Source of the DNA: Amoebophrya sp. A120
Lineage: Eukaryota > Protista > Dinoflagellata
NCBI GenBank assembly: GCA_905178155.1
Contig: CAJINV010000005.1
Span: 2,420,054 to 2,484,053 of the forward strand
Reading direction: 5' to 3'
Length of the DNA stretch: 64,000 nt
The translations under genes and the position numbers were made by a program. The notes below the pieces were generated by a model. It saw only the letters and a list, made by a program, of their open reading frames with translations. It did not search any database and was not told where the DNA came from. Positions 51,301-59,300 of this stretch are shown in pieces (the stretch's first letter is position 1; each line of letters starts with the position of its first letter).

Positions 51301-51657
51301 CAGTCGTATCAGCCAAACTTACAAGCCATGTCTCAAGAATTGGCGGAGAGAACGGCGGAGAAGAAAATTTTTGCCGAAAGCAACGACGAAGCAGCTGGCA
51401 CAACTTCTGCGTCGTCCTCTCCTCGTGTAGAGGTAGCACGCACGGCGCAGCGTGGTAGTGCAGATGAAGCAGGAGTAACAATGGTGCACTATGGAAAAGG
51501 AGCAGGAGATGAGCCTGGAAATAAAGGGAAAACTACCAGCAACCACGCTCCGAATCTGCTCATGACCCAAACAACGGAAAGCAGACCGAGCTCCGCTCCG
51601 AAAAAACCCATCGGGTCTCTGGTGAAAGGCTTGTCGTTCTTCAGACAAACTAGATAA
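348..51657 (+). CDS. Giant multi-exon Cys-rich, probably secreted or surface protein (~12,200 aa in window, 5'-partial) with GCC2/GCC3 (Ephrin_rec_like) repeats, EGF-like modules, a CAP domain and low-complexity linkers
   Basis: The successive + strand ORFs (264, 2603, 2899, 4324, 7306, 8463, 9596, 10721, 12627, 16753, 17230, 19697, 22697 ... 47030, 50728) join into one frame when each TAT...ATA element plus one 5-bp direct repeat is removed (49/49 frame-consistent). Stop TAA at 51655-51657. Start at 348 is a tentative acceptor (tttgcag); the true 5' end is probably upstream of the window. Confidence 0.85.
1150..2090 (+). other. Cys-rich supermodule copy 1 (GCC2/GCC3-like repeats + EGF-like)
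   Basis: CxPGxG...CxxCPxGxFS repeats followed by CNYRGQATGNIWNLDNGGCQCKCETGY. Confidence 0.8.
2443..2595. mobile_element. Introner 1, TIR family A (TATnnnnTGCAAAAGTATCG)
   Basis: TIRs; DR gcgaa/gcgga; 158-nt removal restores frame. Confidence 0.88.
2786..2947. mobile_element. Introner 2, family A
   Basis: TIRs; DR agcta/agcca; frame restored. Confidence 0.88.
4183..4390. mobile_element. Introner 3, family B (TATsCAAGAAAAAAAC)
   Basis: TIRs; perfect DR acttg; frame restored. Confidence 0.92.
6132..6369. mobile_element. Introner 4, family J (TATGGCGTTCTCAA; TAC start here)
   Basis: TIRs; DR caaca/cagca; frame restored. Confidence 0.88.
6408..6669. mobile_element. Introner 5, family C (TATnnnnTGCAAAAATGTCTGGGTCTGG)
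   Basis: TIRs; perfect DR gagga; frame restored. Confidence 0.93.
6725..6874. mobile_element. Introner 6, family A
   Basis: TIRs; DR ggagg/ggaag; frame restored. Confidence 0.88.
7027..7298. mobile_element. Introner 7, family C (left TIR decayed)
   Basis: Perfect DR gcaga; interior matches introner 14; frame restored. Confidence 0.88.
7821..8127. mobile_element. Introner 8, family D (TATGGAnnTGTCAGnATnGAAATC)
   Basis: Long TIRs; perfect DR aggtc; frame restored. Confidence 0.92.
8176..8454. mobile_element. Introner 9, family E (TATCCTnnGTAAAAACnTCCCCAC)
   Basis: TIRs; perfect DR ctgcg; frame restored. Confidence 0.92.
9256..9576. mobile_element. Introner 10, degenerate family C
   Basis: Decayed TIRs; DR ctccg/acccg; 326-nt removal restores frame. 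Confidence 0.72.
9935..11200 (+). other. Cys-rich supermodule copy 2
   Basis: Same architecture; CNNRGLSVTGNTWDDAHNGCQCVCEEGY; interrupted by introner 10651-10912. Confidence 0.8.
10651..10912. mobile_element. Introner 11, family C
   Basis: TIRs; perfect DR ggtag; frame restored. Confidence 0.93.
12305..12454. mobile_element. Introner 12, family A
   Basis: TIRs; perfect DR acatg; frame restored. Confidence 0.92.
12496..12801. mobile_element. Introner 13, family F (TATTACAATGAAAnTGCC)
   Basis: TIRs; perfect DR tccag; frame restored. Confidence 0.9.
13785..14640 (+). other. Cys-rich supermodule copy 3
   Basis: CNYRGTPKGNTWDSNGCMCGCDEGY preceded by CPxGYYS repeats. Confidence 0.8.
14905..15495 (+). 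other. CAP/SCP/PR-1 domain within the giant protein
   Basis: Motifs HNLYRCLHNVPPLIWN, FGENIA, WWYEDE, IGHYTQVVWGDSWELGC (CRISP signature) and VLCQYGRGGNV. Confidence 0.92.
16432..16694. mobile_element. Introner 14, family C
   Basis: TIRs; perfect DR cgcgg; frame restored. Confidence 0.93.
17124..17283. mobile_element. Introner 15, family A
   Basis: TIRs; perfect DR actgt; frame restored. Confidence 0.92.
18944..19349. mobile_element. Introner 16, family G (TATnnnAGGAAAAnTCCCCCCTCCCCATAT), with small nested insert
   Basis: TIRs; perfect DR tggtg; frame restored; 85 nt longer than siblings 22 and 46. Confidence 0.92.
19430..19686. mobile_element. Introner 17, family C
   Basis: TIRs; perfect DR cgagt; frame restored. 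Confidence 0.93.
20921..21440. repeat. Copy 1 of a diverged ~500-bp duplicated domain inside the nested insertion
   Basis: Shares blocks (gccgctgcacgaaga, ccccggtactcgagcacgc, ccccatgaccaacctatgaaa, accgagcgcacccgcttcctc, atgccgagggacttt, gggacggttga) with 22006-22499. Confidence 0.85.
22006..22499. repeat. Copy 2 of the duplicated domain
   Basis: Same conserved blocks in the same order as 20921-21440. Confidence 0.85.
23318..23579. mobile_element. Introner 19, family C
   Basis: TIRs; DR acgac/ccgac; frame restored; reverse complement of introner 5. Confidence 0.92.
24203..24348. mobile_element. Introner 20, family A (TAC start)
   Basis: TIRs; poor DR cgttt/aggtt; 151-nt removal restores frame. 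Confidence 0.78.
24460..24627 (+). other. Probable canonical GT-AG intron (168 nt, in frame, stopless)
   Basis: T-rich stretch gtatag...ttttccaacgcacag; removal gives EWTG-FDD. No TIR. Confidence 0.5.
25195..25446. mobile_element. Introner 21, family C (TAC start)
   Basis: TIRs; perfect DR gaacg; frame restored. Confidence 0.92.
26310..26630. mobile_element. Introner 22, family G
   Basis: TIRs; DR gcctg/gccgg; frame restored. Confidence 0.9.
28806..29044. mobile_element. Introner 23, family J
   Basis: TIRs; DR gcgtc/acttc; frame restored. Confidence 0.82.
29817..29967. mobile_element. Introner 24, family A
   Basis: TIRs; perfect DR ggagc; frame restored. Confidence 0.92.
31204..31418. mobile_element. 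Introner 25, family H (TATGAnAGTGCACAACT)
   Basis: TIRs; perfect DR gggac; frame restored. Confidence 0.92.
32291..32554. mobile_element. Introner 26, family C
   Basis: TIRs; perfect DR gacgg; frame restored. Confidence 0.93.
33138..33381. mobile_element. Introner 27, family J
   Basis: TIRs; perfect DR ggagt; frame restored; opposite orientation to 4 and 23. Confidence 0.92.
33458..33719. mobile_element. Introner 28, family C
   Basis: TIRs; perfect DR tggaa; frame restored. Confidence 0.93.
34546..34798. mobile_element. Introner 29, family C
   Basis: TIRs; perfect DR ggtga; removal in frame (the element itself is stopless in that frame). Confidence 0.92.
34871..35026. mobile_element. Introner 30, family A
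   Basis: TIRs; DR cgccg/cgcct; frame restored. Confidence 0.9.
36347..36609. mobile_element. Introner 31, family C
   Basis: TIRs; DR cctgg/cctag; frame restored. Confidence 0.9.
36656..36907. mobile_element. Introner 32, family C
   Basis: TIRs; perfect DR tctac; frame restored. Confidence 0.93.
37274..37533. mobile_element. Introner 33, family C
   Basis: TIRs; perfect DR gacac; frame restored. Confidence 0.93.
38071..38297. mobile_element. Introner 34, family I (TATCGnAGGAAAAAAGTGTT)
   Basis: TIRs; DR agcag/agtag; frame restored. Confidence 0.88.
38358..38609. mobile_element. Introner 35, family C
   Basis: TIRs; perfect DR ccgcg; close sibling of 32 and 45; frame restored. Confidence 0.93.
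38894..39149. mobile_element. Introner 36, family C
   Basis: TIRs; perfect DR ttcac; reverse complement of 29; frame restored. Confidence 0.92.
39531..39795. mobile_element. Introner 37, family C
   Basis: TIRs; perfect DR gcatg; frame restored. Confidence 0.93.
41016..41277. mobile_element. Introner 38, family C
   Basis: TIRs; perfect DR ggcgg; reverse complement of 11; frame restored. Confidence 0.93.
41327..41591. mobile_element. Introner 39, family C (TAC start)
   Basis: TIRs; perfect DR tcgca; frame restored. Confidence 0.92.
42785..43047. mobile_element. Introner 40, family C
   Basis: TIRs; DR tggcg/cggcg; frame restored. Confidence 0.91.
43135..43343. mobile_element. Introner 41, family B
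   Basis: TIRs; perfect DR cagca; frame restored. Confidence 0.93.
43757..43976. mobile_element. Introner 42, family H
   Basis: TIRs; perfect DR gacgg; opposite orientation to 25; frame restored. Confidence 0.92.
44100..44364. mobile_element. Introner 43, family C
   Basis: TIRs; DR tgccc/tgcct; frame restored. Confidence 0.91.
44424..44635. mobile_element. Introner 44, family B-like
   Basis: TIRs; perfect DR ggatc; frame restored. Confidence 0.9.
46008..46259. mobile_element. Introner 45, family C
   Basis: TIRs; perfect DR tgccg; frame restored. Confidence 0.93.
46331..46651. mobile_element. Introner 46, family G
   Basis: TIRs; perfect DR gtctt; frame restored. Confidence 0.92.
46848..47114. 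mobile_element. Introner 47, family C (TAC start)
   Basis: TIRs; perfect DR ggtgt; frame restored. Confidence 0.92.
50223..50438. mobile_element. Introner 48, family B
   Basis: TIRs; perfect DR gagct; frame restored. Confidence 0.92.
50487..50739. mobile_element. Introner 49, family C
   Basis: TIRs; perfect DR gagag; sibling of 28; frame restored. Confidence 0.92.
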
Positions 51658-52862
51658 AAGTGTACTTTTGTTGCGCCGCCTGATTTTGCTTGTTTTCAAT
51701 TTTCCGTGTGCCTTCCTAAAAATTTGGTCATCATCTTAATCAGCCTGTACGTAGATCCAGCGCTCCTTTTCTCAATTGGTTGTGCAGATGTAGAATAAGT
51801 ACTAGCATGCGGGCACTAAATCTTGAAACCAAAACTTTCCTATGTAGCATAGCTTTGAGACTTGATAGAAACCGAAAACCTAGCGAGACTTAAGTGTAAA
51901 TTTGTATTCAGCGAGGCTTATAGCAATGCAGACACCAGCACGACGGTTCTGTCTCTGCGCAAAAGCAGTCATTTTTTTTGTGTCTCTCAACAACTAGCAA
52001 ATTGGATAAATTCCAAGAATTTTTTACGTTTGAAGTATAATAGCAAAGCTAGTCAGAGTCCGACGTAGCACCACGCGGACAGATAAAATCAAAAAGTAAG
52101 ATGATGAACAATATCACCATACATCCGGATGAACACTTAGCGAGTTTCTTTGTTTCAAATCTAGTGACCAGAAGAGAGCACGTCTCTACCACGACGCTGC
52201 GGCGCGTCCAGGGTCTGATTGGGTAGCCGCAGCGAGAGCACGCAGCCGCAGGATTTTTGGATAATATACTCAAAGCCATCTTTTTCTTTTTGAATTTACG
52301 TTTACCAAAACCAATGCTTCGAAAAGTTTCATACAGGACCAGCATAGGACAGCTTGGGTTTCTAGCTTGTTTCGCTTTACGTAGACAGAAGGCAACTTCA
52401 TCAAAGAGTTGTATTGGTGATATGACGCACACGCAAACGCCACGCGAGGGCGCAAAAACAAGAGCCAAAACAGCTCGCGGAATTTTGTAGCGTTTTTTGA
52501 ATTTATAAATAATTATCGGGAAAAGTTAAACTACAAAACGCACTCGGTTGGGACAACGTCGAGGTCTTTTGATGATATCGAGATGTTAGTTGTCTCAAAA
52601 AATCGACACCTGAATTAAATAGGAACTTGATCGGTAAGCAGCTGCTCCGTTTTCGGTTTTTTCTCACTGATATCGTGGTCTTACTACAGTCGCCTCGCAT
52701 AAAATATTTGATTTTTTCTAGTGTCGGTAGAAAAAATCAAAAATATGTAGAGAAAATCATAACGAGAAGAAAAGAGAAAAAAGAAGAGAAAGGATACAAA
52801 GAGAAAATCAAACGAGAAAACACAAAGACGACGATTTTTCTCACAAGAAGCACGCGCCTCGT

Positions 52863-52896
52863 TTTGATTTTTTCTACAGCTGTAGAAAAAATCAAA
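52863..52896. repeat. Perfect 34-bp palindrome
   Basis: tttgattttttctacag|ctgtagaaaaaatcaaa; a related hairpin lies at ~52707-52741. Confidence 0.85.
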
Positions 52897-53139
52897 CGGG
52901 ACTCGTCCGAAACCGAGAGAAGCGAGAAAATGGCAAGAACTCGAGAAGTTCTCACTTTTTCTCGAAGTTCTCGCTTTTTCTCGAAAGTCTTCTCGTCCCG
53001 CCCATTCGAGGCCAGCGGCCGAAAACCTCCAAAATACGGTAGAAAAAATCAAACACCTCCGGGGAAAATCAAAAGACCTCCACCCAGAAGCGGAAAAGCC
53101 GAATACACGCGCACGCGCGAAGCGATGCGCGAAGCCCCA

Positions 53140-55480
53140 GCACCGCGAAGCGCCAGACGGCAATGGGGGCGCGCCCCATGTGTGGGCAACGCTGAGAACG
53201 AAGCGGCCTCGTCTTGCAAGCGGACAAAGTTCGTTTTCCTTTCAGGCCAACGGGCCCGCCACCTACGCAACCAGGCGGGGGCGGGCGCGCTGGGTGTGCA
53301 AAACAAAGCGGACCTCGCGGCCGAGAAAAGAGAAATAACAAAGCCGCGCGCGCAGCGCGCGGTGGGCGCGGGTAACGCGGCGAGGCAACCACGCCGCGCG
53401 CGCAGCGCGCGGAGAAAATTTTTCCGACAAGCGGGAAGCGCAGCAAAGCGAGGGAGCGGGCGCATTGGGTGCAGGGTAGCCAACCCTACACACTTCGCGG
53501 CCAAGAAGAAGGCAGAGGCAGCAAGGCCGCGCGCGCAGCGCGCGGAGGAAATTTTCCAAGCGTGCGACAGACGAAGGCGGGGGCGCGCCCCATGTGTGGG
53601 GAACGCTAAGAAGCAACCTCGCCGCGCGCGCAGCGCGCGGGGAAAATTTTTGCGAAAAGCAGGCCACGCAACCAACCAAGCGGAAGCGCGCGGCATTGGG
53701 CGCAGGCGAACCGAGCCAGCCGACATACTTCGCGGCCAACCAAGAAGACAGCAGAGGTAGCAATGCCGCGCTCGCAGCGCGCGGAGCAAATTTTTCAAGC
53801 GACAGATGGAGATGGGGGCGCGCCCCATGCGTGGGGAATTCTGAGAAGCGGAGAAAATTTTCCAAAGGGCAGACGGGGGTGGGGGCGCGCCACATGTGCG
53901 GGGAACGTTGGGCAGCAACCTCGCGCGCGCGGAGAAAATTTTTCTAGCGGCAGGCGAAGCCGGGGGCGCGCCCCATTTGTGGGGAACGCTAAGGAGCAAC
54001 CTCGCCGCGCGCGGAACGCGCGGAGAGAATTTCTCAGGCGGCAGACGGAGGTGGGTGCGCGCCCCATGTGTGGGGGCAGCTGGCAGGAAACCTCGCCGCG
54101 CGCGCAGCGCGCGGAGAAAATTTTTCCGACATGACAAGCGGGCCACGCGGCCAGGCGGAGCCGCGCATTGTGTGCGGAAGAACCGCAGCCAAATACTCGG
54201 CGGCCAAAGAGAAGGCAGCAAGGCCGCGCGCGCAGCGCGCGGAGAAAATTTTTCAAGCGGCAGAAGGGGGTGGGGGCGCGCCCCATGTGTGGGGGGCGCT
54301 GAGAACCAACCTCGCCGCGCGCGCAATGTATGGGGAGAATTTTTCCGACAAGCGGGTCACGCAGCCAAGCGGGGGCGCGCGGCATTGGGTGTAGACGAAC
54401 CGAGCCAACATACTTCGCGGCCAAGAAGAAGGCAAAGGGAGCAAAGCCGCGAGCGCAGCGCGCGGAGCAAATTTTTCAAGTCCGCGACAGACGGAGATGC
54501 GGGCGCGCCCCATGTGCGGGGGATTCTGAAAAGCAACCTCGCTGCGCGCGCAGCGCGCGGAGAAAATTTTTCAAAGGGCCGACGGGGGTGGGGGCGCGCC
54601 ACATGTGTGGGGAATGCCGAGAAGCAACCGCGCCGCGCGCGCAGCGCGCGGAGAAAAATTTTGCAAGCGGCAAACGAAGGCGCGGGCGCGCCCCATGTGT
54701 GGGGGGCCCTAAGAAGCAACCTCGCCGCGCGCGCAGCGCGCGGGGGAAATTTTTTCGAAAAGCAGGCCACGCAACCAAGCGGACGCGCGCGGCTTTGGGT
54801 GCAGACGATCCGAGCCGACATACTTCGCGGCCAAGAAGACGGCAACGGTAGCAATGCCGCGCTCGCAACGCGCGGAGCAAATTTTTCAAGGGGCAGATGG
54901 AGATGGGGGCGCCCCCCATGCGTGGGCAATGCTGAGAAGCAACCTCGCTGCGCGCGCAGCGCGCGGAGGAAATTTCCAAAGGGCAGACGGGGGTGGGGGC
55001 GCGCCACATGTGCTGGGAACGTTTGGAAGCAACCTCGCCGCGCGAGCAGCGCGCGGAGAGAATTTTTCAAGCGACAGGCGAAGGTGGGGGGCGCGCCCCA
55101 TGTGTAGGGAACGCGAAGAAGCAATCTCGCCGCGCGCGCAGCGCGCGGAGAAAATTTTCCAAGCGGCAGACGGAGGTAGGTGCGCGCCCCATGTGTGGGG
55201 AGCGCTGACAAGACACCTCGCTGCGCGCGCAGCGCGCGGAGAAAATTTTTGCGACTGACAAGCGGGCCACGCGGCCAGGCGGGGCCGCGCATTGTGTGCA
55301 GAAGAACCGCACCCACATACTCGGCGGCCAAGACGAAGGCCGAGGCAGGAAACTCGCGCGCGCAGCACGCGGAGAAAATTTTTCAAGCGACAGACGGAGA
55401 TTGGGGCGCGCCCCATGTGCAGAGACGCTGAGAAACAACCTCGCCGCGCGCGCAGCGCGCGCGCGGAGAAAATTTTTCGC
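53140..55480. repeat. GC-rich tandem satellite of ~91-bp and ~132-bp units with a ~1.1-kb higher-order repeat
   Basis: About 22 copies of cgcgcgcagcgcgcggagaaaattttt; short units carry ggggcgcgccccatgtgtgggg, long units carry catacttcgcggccaagaag. Confidence 0.92.
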
Positions 55481-56363
55481 GCATTCTTCTCGATTTTTCT
55501 CAAAGCACCCGACTGGTTTTTTCTACAGTGGGAGCCCGGTTTGATTTTTTCTAGATGCTTTGTGATTTTTTCTACCGTATTTTTTTTTTCTCGACATGTA
55601 ATCGGTATGAAAAGCAAAAAATACAATTTTGGTTTGATCCACTTCGTGTCTGTGAGTTTTGCTTATTAATGCAGCTTTTCTATGCCAAGGCCAAGCGATT
55701 CTCGGACTCGGTCTGCTATTTGCTTGTGATGTGCACAATCTCGGTGATTCCACGCTTGTGAAGCTGAATACAACGCAATGATCCACAAAAAACAGATCTT
55801 CGATCTTAGTGGAGGTTGATAGGCATTATTGAAGAGCCAAGAGTAGAAGAAGCAACCGCTATGACAAGTATCTACTTCAGGACCTCAATTTATTCTATGT
55901 CAACGTAAAACTAAAAGCAATCTTATTCTGTATGTACTACCATCGAGAAAATGAAGACAACATTCACAACCTCCTGTAAGATGTCATGATATTCAATCAA
56001 TATTTTATTTGACGCAGCGGCTCCTACAGCGATGTAGCTCCTACGGCGCGCGAAGTTCCGGGATCTTACACGAAGATCTGCCGACGTGTGATCTCGGAGC
56101 TCCTATTTGATCCAATTTTGCTGGTTACGATCGAATTGAATATTGATTGTGCCGCGCTCGTTCCCGCGAGACGTGGAACTTCCCGCAATCTGTGGAACAT
56201 GTAGTTGCACGCCTGATTATATTTCAATAGCCGTCTAAGGACTTCTACTTCCCAATTATCCGGAAGTGTCTATAGATCGTCGGACCGTATAGCACTCACT
56301 CAACTCTCACACTAGCACAATTCTTTATGTGAACTCTGTTCGTCGACGTTGTTTATTTCAAGT

Positions 56364-59300
56364 ATGACCTCGAAGAACGTGAGCAAGGCGAAGTCCAAAG
56401 CCCCCAGTGGGGGCGGCAAAAATGCGGGCAGTGCTGGCAATGGTACCGCCACCAAGGTCGTGCGCCCAAAGGAAATAAAAGTGCCACCAGCTGTAGTCGT
56501 GCCAACAGAAGTGACGCCTGGCGGGGTTCTTGTGACTGAGGACACAAATGCGGTCACCACAGGCCGGCTCACCGACCTGCCAGAAGTTACCAGGCCGGCG
56601 GTGTTGGACACCATAGAACAGAGGTAATTCTATCTATTTTGTCGCGTTTGGTAGGAATGAGCGAGATCCTGACCCCGATGAATTGTTTCATGGAAGCGAT
56701 ATTTCTATTGGCTCCATGATTTTTTGAGGTCCTTCCTTCCTATCGTGCAGAGATAGATATCTTCAGATGCGGTTTATAAGATGATTTTTGCATGCTCAAG
56801 AAACGGAACAACTACCCCTGGTCCACAGGTACACCACCGGCAACCAAGCCTACACCTTTGTCAGTGACGACCTCCTGGTTGCGGTCTCACCAAAACTGCA
56901 CACTTTAACGAAACATGCCACGGCTTCAAATTCAACATCGAGTTCTAATCCCGGCATTGATACCCCCGCACAGCAGCAGCTCCCCCAGCAGCCCGACCCG
57001 CATGCATTCGACCAAGAACACCTGGATTTTTACTCGCGCTACTCCTCTGGCGACCAGCTCCCGGCGAGGTTTTTCCCGCGTCGCATGCGAGACGAGTACA
57101 AAGCGTCAGTTTTTTCAGCACGGTCGAGGGCTGGTTCGAGGGAATCGTTTCCGGCACAGCTGCATCCGGCTAAATCACCCACGCCGGCCCTGTCTTCGAC
57201 ACCAGGCGGCAATAAGAGGCACAAGAACCTCCAGCTGCAAAGTATGCGCACTGTCGAGCCTCACTTGTTCGAGATGCCGGAGAAGGCTTTTCGGGATTTA
57301 CTGTTCTTGAAACAGAATCAAAGCCTTGTTTTCCTAGGGGAAGAGACAAGAACCGCGTTCGACATGTCGTTGGAGTTCCTGTGCTACAAAAGCAGCAGCA
57401 GCAGCAGCAGCAGTAGTTCTTCATCTTCGTCGACGTCTACCTGTGTAGCAACATCAAGGGAGCCCGGAACAGAATCTGATAGTACGCACGCGCAGATAGA
57501 AGATAGAATACGCAGCGCGATGCTCCTCTTAGAAACCTTTGGTCACAGCGGTGGCGCACAAAGCAGTGCAAATTCTGTGCCTCACTTTGGAAAGTTTCTG
57601 CAATTGTACTTCGGCGCGGACACTGTGGGGCGACCGGTGATTTTAGGAGCGACGATACGACAATTTTTGCTGGAGAGCAAGCAGGTCCTGGAGCAGAGCG
57701 GCGAGGCGATTCTGCAGTGCTTTTTGCAGTTGGAGAACGCCGGGTTATTACAGGGTTTGCTCGACTACAGGAATGAAGACGGTACAGCTCCTGTCGAGGG
57801 GCAAGAGCAAGGAGCTGATTTGTTTTCAGACACCGAGACCGCTGTGCATAGCCGGCTGCCAAGCACGCAGCGTCTCATCCGGACGTTTTTGGACCATGCG
57901 GCTGCTACAGAAGAAGCTGGGGTCGCTGTTGCGAGAAATAGTCCGGAGACCAATATTAAAGGACTGGGAAACCACGGCGCTCCTGTCCCGATAGTACAGG
58001 CCGAAATGTCCCCACGAGGCCCAAAAATCAGCAGCCTGGGAAGAGACTACGAGGAGTCCTCACGTGAACGGCAGGGCCGACTACAGGCTTTGGAAGCCAT
58101 TTTTGGCAGAGCGTCGCCTTTCGACGGAGCAGAAGATGATAGGTCAGCGACAACCCGATCCTCATCGTTCGAAGCCACCTGCGACGCCCTGGAGGTGTGC
58201 GGGTTTTCGGAAGAGAAGGTGGAAAACCTTTTTCAAACCGTCGCGGGCATCCGATGTATCGCAATTGCTGCTACAGCTACAGAGGGAACTACCGCCGTCG
58301 ATGCGGAACAGAAGAGGACTCTATTGAGACTTGCCAACGCTCTTCTCGGATTCTTGGATAGCACTAGCAGCAGCAGCAGTACAACCAGTTTTTACCTCGG
58401 CGGAGCGACCGCGGCTGTTGTGCACTCTAGCCAAGAAGATTATGCGGACGTCGCCACACCGATCCATGCTCCAAAGACGAAAACACAAAAACAGGCTGAG
58501 CAAACGGCGGATTTGGTCGACAAGAACGAGTCGCCGCTGCTGGTAGAAACCAAAATCGTGCCAATGCTAGAAGCGAAGCAGCACCAGAACGGCGGGATCA
58601 CCGAAACCACGCCCAGTTCGGAACTCGCGACTTTAGCGCAGAACCTTTACCAGAATCTGTTTTCTTTCCTGGTTCGCGCTTTGAATGTCTGTTTAAAGAC
58701 GCAACAGCGAAGAAAGATAAACGGTGCTTCTAGTGCCACGGCTCAACGAGAAGCGACATCAAACCCTACACGACGTCGTGGTAAGTTTCTTCTAAACCCG
58801 ACAGACACCCCGAACTTTGAGGCCTTCGTCGCAAAAAACTTTTTGTCTACCGACTCTGATGTTGCGGATCTAGACGCGGTTTCGAGCTGCATCGGCTTGT
58901 TAGACGGTGGTTTCAGAATGGTTCGACAACCACGACCATCCTCCACGATGAAAATGGCATCTGCAGGAACTCCACGGAAAAATAAATCGCAGTCCCTGGA
59001 CGCTCTGCTTCAGAACTACGTGAACGACAAATTTGCGCATTTTCTCTCGTCCATTCTGTTTCAAAAGGAGTACGAAGCGGTTGCGGAGGAACTTGGGAAT
59101 GACGTGGTGCAGGAACTGTATGCGCATTGCGACAAAAAGGACCATCCGCTGGTTTTGGGGAAAACGCTCGCGAGTCTGGAAACTGCGATCTTCCCCGAGT
59201 TGAAAATCGGTTTAAAGACGTCCTCTGAAAATAATGCTGCTCCCAATGAAAATGCGTCACCGAATACTAAAACGGAAAGCGCACGACCGTCAAGCTCCTC

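Noticed and set aside
53140-55480. CRISPR-like array or Arg/Ala-rich ORFs
   Set aside because: The intervening segments are homologous to each other rather than unique spacers, there are no cas genes, and the ORFs arise from stop-poor GC repeats.
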